From assembly GCA_965197475.1 (NCBI GenBank), contig CBDANF010000003.1, positions 2,912,001-2,976,000 of the forward strand: a DNA stretch of 64,000 bases. Reading direction: 5' to 3'. Both the position numbers and the translations under genes were made by a program. Below, piece after piece: positions 40,901 to 49,912 of this stretch. Source of the stretch: Candidatus Poribacteria bacterium. GTDB taxonomy: Bacteria; Poribacteria; WGA-4E; WGA-3G. The notes beneath the pieces are model-generated. The model had not been told where the DNA came from, searched no databases, and worked only from the letters and a program-made list of their open reading frames with translations. Position 1 is the first letter of the stretch. Each line of letters starts with the position of its first letter.

Positions 40901-42707
40901 TGGTGTTACTGCAACACCAGCGCATCTGTTTGTCGCAGATATTATTGACCAGAAAGTCTATTCATATCCGATCCCTGGTGTTACCGAGGTTGTTGTAACT
41001 GTAGGCGCGCCGAGTTGGAAGCCCGTGTCAATTCCCGAAGCAGTGAAAGGTTCCCATTGGACGCTCTCCTTAGCAGATTTCGTAAAAGGGGACCCAACGC
41101 CACAGATCTACTTTACAGACGGTTATACGTCATCTAACTGGCTTACGTTGCAAAATGGTGTGCTTTCAGGCACCCCTACGATGGCTAACACTGAATATAT
41201 CAAAGTTACCGCAACAAATAGTAAGGGAAGCGCAGACATAACAGTACCGCTTTCTGTGTCGCATTCAGAATATACATCCTGGGACCTCAACCCCGAAGAA
41301 ATTTATGTAAATACCATTGCCAGCACAGAAGAGTTTGTCTATGTGTTTTATGGGACCCAGAATAATATACCTCACATAAGTGCTTACACTCATGATGGAA
41401 TTCGCCGTCCGGATAAGGATATAAAACTTGGAACGGAACATAGAAAAGACTCACACAGCATTAACACCCACATCACCGCCTCTGAAACACATCTTTTTAT
41501 GGTGGAGACATATAACGATTCCGATGAATCGAATCCAACTGGTGGAAGAAAAGTCTATGTGTTTGACATTACAGGAACAGGCACTAAACGGCATTTTTTT
41601 CTAAGTAGGGAGGTAGGTATGTACACAGCGGAGATTGCTGCCACTACAACGCGCTTTTATGCAGTCAATTGGTCTGAAAGGAAATTCCATGTTTACGGAC
41701 ACGATGGAACACCTTACCCAAATGAGGATTTTACACTCAAGCCGCACGACACTGAAGGTACATTTTTTTTGGACGTAGCGACAACTGAAACGCGTATCTA
41801 CGTTTTGTTAGCAAAAGTGAATGGTTATGTTCGTGGTAAAGTTTTTGTATATGGGCATGATGGCACACCTTATCCTGACGAAAACTTCAACGTCGGTGAA
41901 GTAAAAACTGTAGATATTACAGCAACATCAACGCATCTGATGGCATATTCCGGTCCGTATCTTAGAGGCATAAATACCGGCTCTATTTTTTACTTCCCAC
42001 TTCCTGAGGCGGAAGGAAACACCGAAACAGCTGTTCATATCCAAGATACAACGCCCGCTTGGGATGTCAATCAGGATGGAAAGGTTGATATCCAAGACCT
42101 AATTAAGGTCGCACAGTATATTGATGAAACAGAACTTTCTAATCCACAAGCAGACGTAAATGGAGATGGAACAATTGATGTTCAAGACCTACTCATTGTT
42201 TCACAACATTTAGGAGAATCAGCTGAGGCAGCATCACCTATAAAAACAACTGCTTTGCGATTTCCTGCCCTTGTAAAAAACGTTGCAGATGGTGATGTCA
42301 CAACGGAACTAATTCAAACATGGATAGACCTTGCGCGGATTTCGGACGATGGTTCGCCTGTTTTTCAGCGCGGTATTGCAAACTTAGAACGTCTATTAGC
42401 TGAGATGCTACCAGATAAGACAGAACTCCTCGCAAACTATCCGAATCCTTTTAACCCAGAAACGTGGATACCTTACCATCTTGCTAAGGAAGCTGAGGTG
42501 CAAATTACTATTTACGATATAAACGGTGCTGTCGTGAGACAATTAGACCTGGGATTGAAACTCGCCGATAATTATACGGACCGTTCCCGAGCTGCTTTTT
42601 GGGATGGACGCAATGCTGATGGTGAGAAGGTTGCAAGCGGAATTTACTTCTATCAACTCCGTGCAGGCGGCTATGATCACACCCGCAGAATGCTTATTGT
42701 TAAATAG
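37917..42707 (+). CDS. Large secreted protein: beta-propeller repeats, Ig-like repeats, dockerin-like and FlgD-type C-terminal domains
   Basis: Signal peptide, GIAAT..R.YV.D repeats, three WL.L..GVLSGTP units, DVNQDGKVDIQDL/DVNGDGTIDVQDL, NYPNPFNPETWIPY, WDGRN...SGIYFY. Confidence 0.85.
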   Translation: MKKHIFRFAIFTLICLFFCMLSVEFVYAGIEASIILDIDLNENGLMRDIAATATRFYVLFAGRQPEIGGTSNSGSSYIRKVYVFDHEGTRKPDEEFEIDTELTPYSIAVTNKFIYISYWDSSGIDAYAFDGTRLHDEGLRYASAGQKSSIAATETHIYVSDVSYLDEVDIYKFKDTQGDLNARNVSWEKEFKLTTNESLRAFIAATDTRVYIQNPNDSTIYVYDTRDGGRRAREDFVHCLWTGLRKESIYVPSRYLSGITTTPLGGKLYMLISRSRDDGIEGRQLKVYRYSIPEENAARPEVFLPAKPPRRASYYFYLPPSGSGIAATDTTVYIGADGSRYFGRAATIHAETYSDGVPGSLFADAGKLRGNISVTYPHLGSSGMTVDYNNIYLLIRRASDVLTQEHNYAVRHCLLNSDGTIHGGKTTLRDLQLPLAMENFKNGIGLAIDSEGILYVMAAGENYKGPPLIYRYKPSLDSPQHSQALPGNPILLHPDHKAPCGITIVKNRAYVLDRAFITDEGTPRLYAKVFVYDLDAHDVFEYLPEESFLVNARIGNQTIIPYDSGIAVNGDTFFISMRAEWPSNYKHVLVYGPLAAPSWGPIRADTIQRRQPYGGDIRRMSIVATNGSDYYKYQAIEGIPWILSLDFDFVFGNPDPSITFKTGYKKPEWLTLKDGVLSGTPSSAGKLTIELTATNEQGSTDESITLNVGPGVVAPSWHDFSVPEIRIHDAWSLTLTDLVTGNPTPEIYFTQGYTPPDWLKLREGVLSGTPPKAGTYSIQVTAASALRRPGYVKWADIVIYLVVKGPTSPNWALDSMNDTAQGIAATDNRIYVTDLIDDKIYVYGHDGERYVAQDIDLKTLTENPIGITATVTHIYIVDNSEDIVSILDVTETGSVGNFKLDPDNRGPTGIAATARRLYVVDHEDDKVYTYAHDGTRHPTEDVNLHKHSEPTGITATATRLYVVDGDDDKIYPYEYDGKMKNSEIVELVTENRSPTGVTATPAHLFVADIIDQKVYSYPIPGVTEVVVTVGAPSWKPVSIPEAVKGSHWTLSLADFVKGDPTPQIYFTDGYTSSNWLTLQNGVLSGTPTMANTEYIKVTATNSKGSADITVPLSVSHSEYTSWDLNPEEIYVNTIASTEEFVYVFYGTQNNIPHISAYTHDGIRRPDKDIKLGTEHRKDSHSINTHITASETHLFMVETYNDSDESNPTGGRKVYVFDITGTGTKRHFFLSREVGMYTAEIAATTTRFYAVNWSERKFHVYGHDGTPYPNEDFTLKPHDTEGTFFLDVATTETRIYVLLAKVNGYVRGKVFVYGHDGTPYPDENFNVGEVKTVDITATSTHLMAYSGPYLRGINTGSIFYFPLPEAEGNTETAVHIQDTTPAWDVNQDGKVDIQDLIKVAQYIDETELSNPQADVNGDGTIDVQDLLIVSQHLGESAEAASPIKTTALRFPALVKNVADGDVTTELIQTWIDLARISDDGSPVFQRGIANLERLLAEMLPDKTELLANYPNPFNPETWIPYHLAKEAEVQITIYDINGAVVRQLDLGLKLADNYTDRSRAAFWDGRNADGEKVASGIYFYQLRAGGYDHTRRMLIVK

Positions 42708-42728
42708 TATCAAATGACCATAGGATAT

Positions 42729-42831
42729 CTGGAAGGTTGATGTTTATTGGCTTCCCAGCGATCATTAATGAGTGGGTTGCGTTGGGATCGCGAGCATCCT
42801 CTTTGAGAAATGATGCGTTTAGCGATAAACG
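42729..42831. ncRNA. Candidate structured RNA (four abutting hairpins) inside the DUF1670 element
   Basis: Hairpins at 42729-58, 42758-91, 42794-816 and 42816-31; strand ambiguous. Confidence 0.5.
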
Positions 42832-42838
42832 TGTCTAA

Positions 42839-42867
42839 AGTATAGCAAAACCAGTAGCGGTTGTCAA
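42839..42867 (-). promoter_or_regulatory. Near-consensus sigma70 promoter facing the left inverted repeat
   Basis: Minus strand TTGACA-N17-TATACT. Confidence 0.7.
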
Positions 42868-42934
42868 CCATATTTTCAAGGCACCTGCCCCGGTTTTGCG
42901 AAGTAAAGTTCGTCGGGAACATAGGATTAGGGTC

Positions 42935-43819
42935 TCATTGGGCTTCTCCTTGGTGAGTGGCTTCATCGTTTGAGTCTGAATTGGCAAGGTCTGCATCTAT
43001 GGCTTGGAGTTGGTGCTGCGGTATGAGGTCGAGATATTGAGAGATGACGCGTTTAGAAAGTCGTGTAATCTGTGAGATTTTATCAATATCTGCGGTTGCT
43101 TTCCGAACGACTTTGACGCTCTCATAATCGCGAATGTATCGGTCAACTGCCTCCTTAGAGTGTTTGGTCTTTGCGGCAATCCTGGGGGTGAGATGTCCTT
43201 GAAGATAGAGGGTTATGATCTCTTTCTTATGGGTAATAGCCCCCGATAAGTCATGGATATTGCCACGGGTGGGCAAGAGTTCTCCAGTGGTTTTTTGCCA
43301 TTCATTAACATAATCACAGACAACGGCATCGCAGACATTGAGCAAAACTGCCAAGTCGAGTTGTGTCAATAATGCCCCTTGGTCATAAGCTTGATGACAC
43401 CAGCGGACCAAGCGATTGATCCGCAATTGCCGGGAGGTGAAACCGTTGCGAAAGGATTCAATATCCTCTGCGGCGAGGTAAGTCAGGATGACGGGTTTCA
43501 TGCGGGTTTTGACGATGGACTTTCCTCTTTCTGGATGCTCTTCAATAGGGACAGCCATCCAAACGAGGTGTCCATAGCTCAGCAGCCGCTCCTCTGGGAG
43601 TGCGTCACCAGTGGCGAGTTTCTCCAAAGGAAGGGTAATCACGAAATAGTCCTCAACGGTCTTAAGAATATCATCAACAATAGCTGTCGCCGTGACTTCG
43701 CCTTTGTCATAACCGTAGTCATTGAGAAAGCGATGGATCAGCAACTGTCGTAGGGATTTATCGTTGATGCGTCTGAACTTTTTCTCGTTGATTTGGGTGC
43801 GCGTCAAAGGTTTGCTCAT
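42935..43819 (-). CDS. DUF1670 domain protein B
   Basis: QAYDQGALLTQLDLAVLL, PTRGNIHD..AITHKKEII, HSKEAVDRY. Confidence 0.8.
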   Translation of the reverse strand: MSKPLTRTQINEKKFRRINDKSLRQLLIHRFLNDYGYDKGEVTATAIVDDILKTVEDYFVITLPLEKLATGDALPEERLLSYGHLVWMAVPIEEHPERGKSIVKTRMKPVILTYLAAEDIESFRNGFTSRQLRINRLVRWCHQAYDQGALLTQLDLAVLLNVCDAVVCDYVNEWQKTTGELLPTRGNIHDLSGAITHKKEIITLYLQGHLTPRIAAKTKHSKEAVDRYIRDYESVKVVRKATADIDKISQITRLSKRVISQYLDLIPQHQLQAIDADLANSDSNDEATHQGEAQ

Positions 43820-44623
43820 CAGAGTTCCTCCTTTTTTTTCTCCACGGGCTCTGGGTGAAGGAGTTGGGTCATGCGATCGGTGTGTTGATATTCCTCGGAC
43901 AGCGAGAGATACTCGCGGATCAGCCGGTCAGAGAGATGAGTGATGAGTGATGAGCCGTATCTGTGCGTTAGGAAAACCTTGATGATGGAGCGTGGCGACT
44001 TGTATTAAGTCCCTCAAGTAGCGGTAGACGGCCCGTTCGGAGTGGTTCGTCTTTTGCTCAATCTCGGTGAAGGTGTATGCTTTGAAGGACAACTCAAGAA
44101 TCTGCGTCTTATGAGACAGTCCCGGGCCCATGTCGTGTTTCGCCCCGCGCGTCATCACGAAATAGCCGGACTGCTTCAACGCTCGGATGTCGCGTTTGAC
44201 GGTGGCAGGACTGGTAGTTAATAACACTGCCAAATCCTCATAACTCAGCAAGGCATCTTGGTCATAAGCTTCTTGGGTCAATCGGAGGATCCGATGCCGT
44301 CTGAGACCTGCGAGCCCATAAGTCGCTAAAACTTCAAGGTCGGCTTCAACATCGTTGAGTTTGAGTCGACAGGAAACTTTTTTCGCTAAAGCGATGTGTT
44401 TGCCTGCGGGTTCCTCAGCGGCGACTGCCTCATAGCAGATTTGCCCTGAGGTAAGTTGCACATCGGCGTGCTGTTCAAAGTAGGTGGAAATCTGTTTATA
44501 GTAGGCTTCAGCAACGAGAGGCATTAGATTAAAGTCTGCTGAAATCTTCTGAATAATAGCGGCTCTGGCATTCTTGGATTCCAGTCGATTGATACCGTAG
44601 GCGGTATCCTTCTTACGGTCCAT
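43819..44623 (-). pseudogene. DUF1670 domain protein A, C-terminus frameshifted
   Basis: EAYDQDALLSYEDLAVLL, TRGAKHDMGPGLSHK, HSERAVYRY; 7-bp tandem duplication near 43935-54 shifts the frame; reconstructed stop overlaps gene B start (TGATG). Confidence 0.75.
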
Positions 44624-44757
44624 ATTGACCTCCATGAAGAAAGTGTCGGCGATGCAAATACATCTACCCGTTAGTTTAACGAATACTAATAGTATAACTC
44701 ATGGGGTCATTTGATACAAACTATAAGTAAGTTGAAACCTATTTCCTAAATATATGC

Positions 44758-44782
44758 GTAGGCGCGCTTTGTAAGCGCGCCT
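44758..44782 (+). repeat. GTAG-type REP palindrome
   Basis: GTAGGCGCGCTTTGTAAGCGCGCCT; similar copy at ~2831-2852. Confidence 0.7.
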
Positions 44783-44804
44783 CTCACAAAGGATAAAACA
44801 GCGT

Positions 44805-45212
44805 TTAGACTCTGCTTTTGCCGAACAATACACCTGCAAGATTCCGTGGTCTGCCACAACGCCCTATCTGAATTAGTAAACGCTAACGAATTGCAGTTGG
44901 GACAATTTGAGCGATAAATTTCAAACTGTTTTCCAACTTTTCGATTGCCTCTGATTCGCGAGCTGTCCCACTCTTGAGTTCAATCGAAACTCCCACAAGA
45001 TTATTTTCAGTTGGAGAAATAAAAAAGAGAAGTCGGTCACACCTTTTTTCAGTTTTTTGGCGCAAATCAAACTCATGTTCAAGATTTACAATCACCCGTT
45101 CGGATGGTATGTCATCCATGTCAACATTGCATCCTTCTCCACTGCATGCATCAACTAAACTACCTGTATTAAAACGTGCACGGAGTTCACCAAGAATTCT
45201 ACTCTGATTCAC
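44805..45212 (-). pseudogene. Small PD-(D/E)xK-like partner of the ATPase, with internal stop
   Basis: KRCDRLLF...SIELKSG; frame continues past TAG 44883 to TAA 44805. Confidence 0.5.
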
Positions 45213-47885
45213 GCTTAGTGTTGCCTTTCATTTCTTCAAGTCGATTTTGTAGACGTGCGGAACGGTTGTAAAGGTCCTCAGCGACATCCAAATATTCCAT
45301 CGGTTCAACGCCGTCAATACGATTGTAAGGTATTTCTTCCACCTTTCCATTTTTCTGAAAATGCCAAATTCCAACTTGTTCTGTCTGAAGAGAAGTCGGC
45401 AGGTCGCTAACTTCCTGCCCTGCGTTCTCAAGTTCTCCTGCACGTATCAGATTCCCTATTTCCTGAAGTAACCAATCGCTATGTGTTGTTATTATTATTT
45501 TCACGCCTGCCCGAACTAAACGTGCAAGAATGACTGCCATGCCTGCTTGGGCACCCGGGTGTAGGTGTGCCTCCGGTTCTTCAATGATCAGCGTATCACC
45601 TGGCTGTACAAGACTTCGGAGATATAGGACTAAGGGCGCAAGTTCAGATACCATTGAGGAAGATTGGCTGAGACGAAATTCTTCATTAGTGCCTTGTGGT
45701 AAATAACGAAAGTCCGGATACCCACTCGCTGAAGGTTTTAAGCGTATCTTTCCAGCAAGTACTTCAGTTTCCAAAGTTTCAGAATGTTGTTTCATCTCAG
45801 CATTCGGTTTTTTTGGTTCTTCGTAAAGGATAATTTTTTCCATAAAGTCTGCTATCACTCCTGACATAGTGGGAACCTCAGGAAAACGTTCGAAACCTAC
45901 TCGGGTTGATCGCTTTACAAGCGAAGTTGCTATCACTCGATGACTTTGCATGATGCCGCTCCGGGCAGCAGGAAGGTAGTAACGGTTTCCTCCATTTTTG
46001 ATGTTTCCCTTAAAACCATGTATTTTTTTTACTCCGCTTGTCAGTTCAACTCCCCAATCTCCGCTAAAAGTGAAATTAAAATTACCTTCACCTTTCCAGT
46101 CTGTGGAGATTGCCAATCCCTCAGGAATAAGAATCATAGTCTCGTTGAATGAACTATTAAGGATAACATCTGATTCAGATGTATTTAACTTGATACTCCA
46201 ACCGTCTTGCTGTTTTTCATCAACCATCAGTGAAACAGTCATTTCATTTTTTTCTCCCGTTGTCAATCGTCTTAATTCCAAAATTGCATCAAAATCATAA
46301 CAGTTTTTGAGTTCAGACTGTAGTTTGTCCCCAAAAACCTCTGCATCATCAATAATTGTCTTTAAGAGATCTCGTAGTTCTGTTGGAAAATCTAACAATC
46401 TAAAGGCCCCTGTCACTGGTGTTTAGTTTTTTGAGCACATCCTGAACTTTTTGCTTTGCTGATGGACTCGCGTTTGTCAAAACAAAGTTCTGTAAAGCAT
46501 GTAAAATACCTACAATCCCTTGGAGCCCAGATGGAAATAGAAGTTGGGGTTCTGTCATATCCGGAAATACACCGTACAAGGCGTACACCAGCGTAGAAAA
46601 ATAAGTTTTCGGAATAAGTCGTTTTGGACTTGACAAAAGTTGGAAAAGTGCGCTAAACCCTTGTAAATAAAGGGTTTTCATAGTATAATATCAGTAAGAA
46701 AATAGGGGGTATCAACCCCCTATTTGAAACTCAAAAAAGCGAGTTGCTTTTCTGGTTCACACTTATCTGATATTGTATCAGAAACTATCAGAAAAATGCA
46801 ACTCCAAAAAACAGGAGTGTTTTCTGATGGATTTAATCAAGGTGATGAAGACGTTCTCAACGCAAGAGGATTGCATCGAATATCTGGAGCGGCTCCGATG
46901 GAAAGAATCGCCAGAATGCCCGCATTGTCCAAGTCTAAACGTCCGAAGGCGGAACGAACACGAGGTTGGGCGTGTCGGACGCTGGAACTGCCACGATTGC
47001 CGTGCTACATTCAAGGTGACACACGGCACAATATTTCACGGCACGAAGATACCGCTCCAAAAGCGGTTTCTCGCTATCGCTCTCATGGCAAACGCAAAGA
47101 AAAGTTTGTCCTCCCATCAACTTGCGCGCGATTTAGGGATGAAACAGAAAGCTGCTTGGTGTCTAATGATGGCTATACGCACAGAGATGGGAAAGGATAA
47201 TGTCCTACTACAAGGGGTCATTGAAGCAGATGAAACCTATATCGGTGGTAAGCGTCGCAAAGACTATGACCGGGAGGATGGTGAACCCCGTAAACGCGGA
47301 CGCGGCACCGCTAAAGATGCCGTGCTGGGCGCAGTCGCACGTGGTGGACACGTCATCGCACAACTCGTATCCAACGCCACTGGTGAGACGATCTCCGACT
47401 TCATCAACAGATTCGTCAATACCGAAGATTCTGAACTCATTACCGATCAGTATAGAAGCTACAACGAAATCGGTAAGGAAATGAAACATGAGACACTTAA
47501 CCGTAGTGAGAAATGGGAGGCTGGCGACATCCATACCAATACGATGGAAGGCTTTTGGTCTTTCGTCAAGAGGGCATGGTATGGACAACAACACCACTAC
47601 TCAACAAGATACACGCCCCTGTATCTCGCAGAGGCAGGCTATAAATATAACTACCGAGAAACCAACATCTTTGAGAAGTTTCTCACCGAAAGTATAACGT
47701 GAGAAATCTGAAAAATAAAAACTTCCAAGTCCAAAACGACTTATTGCGTAAGTTTTTCCTGTATTACTGGGACCAACAAATACCGTCAACGGGCGCAAAT
47801 CGATATTGGCTTCCGCAATAGGTCCAAAATTCTCAACTGCAATTTCAACCTTCGGCTGCTCTTGTGTGTCTTTGACTTCGCTCAT
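45199..47885 (-). pseudogene. ABC/AAA_15/21-type ATPase interrupted by IS1595 and a frameshift
   Basis: ENFGPI..GPSNTGKTY rejoined to FSTLVY across the IS; YLPAARSG, SSMVSEL, IEEPEAHLHP, TTHSD; extra G near 46406. Confidence 0.85.
46610..47748 (+). mobile_element. IS1595-family insertion sequence (transposase 46827-47702)
   Basis: Inverted repeats CGGAATAAGTCGTTTTGGACTTG / CAAGTCCAAAACGACTTATTGCG; 8-bp target duplication TAAGTTTT (46602-09, 47749-56); CPHC, EADETYIGG, HTNTMEGFW. Confidence 0.94.
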
Positions 47886-47919
47886 GGTCATCTCCTCAAA
47901 AATGATTTGTTTATGTAGG

Positions 47920-49290
47920 TTAGAAAAACGTTAAATACGGCTTACCGATAATCTCCCGCCACAACAGGACCGCAAGTTCGCGGGCGTGATAATCTCCCCA
48001 CATAGATGCCTCACCGCACGGAATCTTCCTACCTTCCGGCACATAATCCCATCCATTCGGACGGTGATACACGGAATGCAACAACAAGCCTTGATGTGAA
48101 TCAGAAGTAGAGAGATACGGTTCAGCGAAGAGAGTCTTTGCTACCGTCAAACCTGCTTGGTAATAGGAGTTGCCTGCCTCAGCTTCACCATGCTTTTTGA
48201 GATAGTTGCCGAGTCGAATTAATCCTTGGGCAGCAATCGCAGCTGCGGAGCTATCCACCGGTTCAAAATCGTTGAACGGATCGGCGGGTGCTGCCAAATA
48301 ATCTCCGAGCTCAGCTAAACCGGGAGCACCTGTATCCCAATATGGAATGCCATCTTGTGCGGTGTTCTCAATGTAGAAATCGGCAGTGGCTTCCGCTGCT
48401 TTGCGCATGTGTGTGGTTACTTCTACATACCCACCGTAAGGTTCAAGGTCATCTTCAGTTAGCGTGTCAAAAAATTCAAGTTGTTCAGCGTAGCCTGCTA
48501 TAATCCATGCCAATCCACGTGTCCACGTCGAAAACGGGGAATAACCTTGTTGTGTGCTGGGACAACGGTAATTACCATCATTTGTATTGAAGATAGATTC
48601 ATGCACAACACGTCCTTGCACGTCAAAAGCATCACGTCCTTCACCGTAGTAGACGTTATAGGCTGCTGTCGTCTGGGAATGTTGGAGCAGGCGTTCCAAT
48701 AGACTGATAGCGACATCGCCTTCACCCATCAGTACTGCACCGAGTGTATGTCCGATTGCTAAAACGCGTAGTGAACGAATAGTGTCAGAAAAGAGCGAAT
48801 GCGGACCGTTGAAAGAGGTGATATAGCCCGTTCCGTCTTTAATTCGTGTCCAGCGACTTGCTTGAACGGCAGCGGAGGCTTTCAGTGCAAGTTCATAGAA
48901 ATGCATCTCGCTATCGTTCCACGGAATGACACCTTCACGCATTAGTTGTCTTAGGTTTCCGTAAGTGGAGACGTTGTTGAAACCGTGGTCATGCACACCG
49001 ATGTGTGTGACATGGGGTGCCATCTTTTCAATCGTGTTCTGCCTACCAATTTCAAGAAACTGCTCATCACCTGTGGCATCAAATTGAAGGATAGCAGAGC
49101 CAAATTGGAATCCTTGTGTCCACTCAGTCCAACCTCGCGTGGTATAAGTACCAGCGACAGTAAAAACAGGGGTGCCTTTTTCAGGAGACCACGTATCTTC
49201 TATAGCCAATATTTTTTGACCTGAGCATTCAAAAAGTCGTTCTATCTGACGTTTCAGGTCATTAAGTTGCAATGAATCGTTTATCTGCAT
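47920..49290 (-). CDS. Glycoside hydrolase family 88-like protein
   Basis: WTQGF, HDHGFN, STWTRGLAW, PYWD, DSSAAAI, WGDY. Confidence 0.8.
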   Translation of the reverse strand: MQINDSLQLNDLKRQIERLFECSGQKILAIEDTWSPEKGTPVFTVAGTYTTRGWTEWTQGFQFGSAILQFDATGDEQFLEIGRQNTIEKMAPHVTHIGVHDHGFNNVSTYGNLRQLMREGVIPWNDSEMHFYELALKASAAVQASRWTRIKDGTGYITSFNGPHSLFSDTIRSLRVLAIGHTLGAVLMGEGDVAISLLERLLQHSQTTAAYNVYYGEGRDAFDVQGRVVHESIFNTNDGNYRCPSTQQGYSPFSTWTRGLAWIIAGYAEQLEFFDTLTEDDLEPYGGYVEVTTHMRKAAEATADFYIENTAQDGIPYWDTGAPGLAELGDYLAAPADPFNDFEPVDSSAAAIAAQGLIRLGNYLKKHGEAEAGNSYYQAGLTVAKTLFAEPYLSTSDSHQGLLLHSVYHRPNGWDYVPEGRKIPCGEASMWGDYHARELAVLLWREIIGKPYLTFF

Positions 49291-49341
49291 TTGTCCTCGG
49301 TGTTTTTTGTAGATGGAGTACTATATGCTGCGTATTCTATA

Positions 49342-49830
49342 TCACGAATCCCCATGTCGTTCACATATTACTTCTATAAGGTTCGTTGTAGATTTACCCG
49401 GTACATTGAGTCCAACGATTACCTTGCCTCCGTTTGCCTCAACGACTTCCCTTTCAACCAACTGTTCCAATTTATAATCGCCACCTTTGACGTGAATGTT
49501 CGGTTTGAGTTCAGAAAGTAATTCAATAGGTGTTAATTCAGGAAAGATGACGACATAATCGACGCATTCTAAGCCAGCGAGCATTTCAGCGCGCTCTTCT
49601 TCGGGAACGAGAGGACGATTTTCGCCTTTCAGTTCTCGGACAGAAGTATCACTGTTAACTGCCACTACAAGCAAATCACCGAGTCGTCGCGCTGCTTGAA
49701 GATAGCGGAGATGTCCTAAATGTAGAACATCAAAACATCCGTTCGTAGTGACGATAACGTTGCCTTCGGATTTCAGTTGCTGAAGAAGGGATGCAAGTTC
49801 GTTGCGTTTGTATGTTTTTTGCTGTGACAT
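49342..49830 (-). CDS. rfaE2: D-glycero-beta-D-manno-heptose 1-phosphate adenylyltransferase
   Basis: TNGCFDVLHLGH, NSDTSVRELKGENRP, VKGGDY, STT. Confidence 0.88.
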   Translation of the reverse strand: MSQQKTYKRNELASLLQQLKSEGNVIVTTNGCFDVLHLGHLRYLQAARRLGDLLVVAVNSDTSVRELKGENRPLVPEEERAEMLAGLECVDYVVIFPELTPIELLSELKPNIHVKGGDYKLEQLVEREVVEANGGKVIVGLNVPGKSTTNLIEVICERHGDS

Positions 49831-49912
49831 TATGTTATTAATTTATCACGCTTGGTGTATTTTAGCAACTTGGATTTTCTATTATCAACTTACATGAATA
49901 TACGATTTCGTA

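Larger units (their letters stand above)
42707..44717 (-). mobile_element. Putative novel element bounded by terminal inverted repeats, carrying tandem DUF1670 genes
   Basis: Perfect 13-bp inverted repeats GTATCAAATGACC (42707-19) / GGTCATTTGATAC (44705-17); interior visibly GC-richer; no target duplication. Confidence 0.72.

Noticed and set aside
42710-42922. 70-aa minus-strand ORF in the element tail
   Set aside because: No recognisable motif; it overlaps a near-consensus promoter and tiled hairpins, so non-coding function is more plausible
42695-44730. Target-site duplication around the DUF1670 element
   Set aside because: Flanks GTTAAATA and AAACTATA give no convincing direct repeat
44883-44885. 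TAG read-through (pyrrolysine or recoding)
   Set aside because: TAG ends many normal genes in this window, and the gene sits in an already inactivated module
46400-47891. ORFs 46400-46681 and 47601-47891 as independent genes
   Set aside because: They are ATPase fragments read into the IS1595 ends
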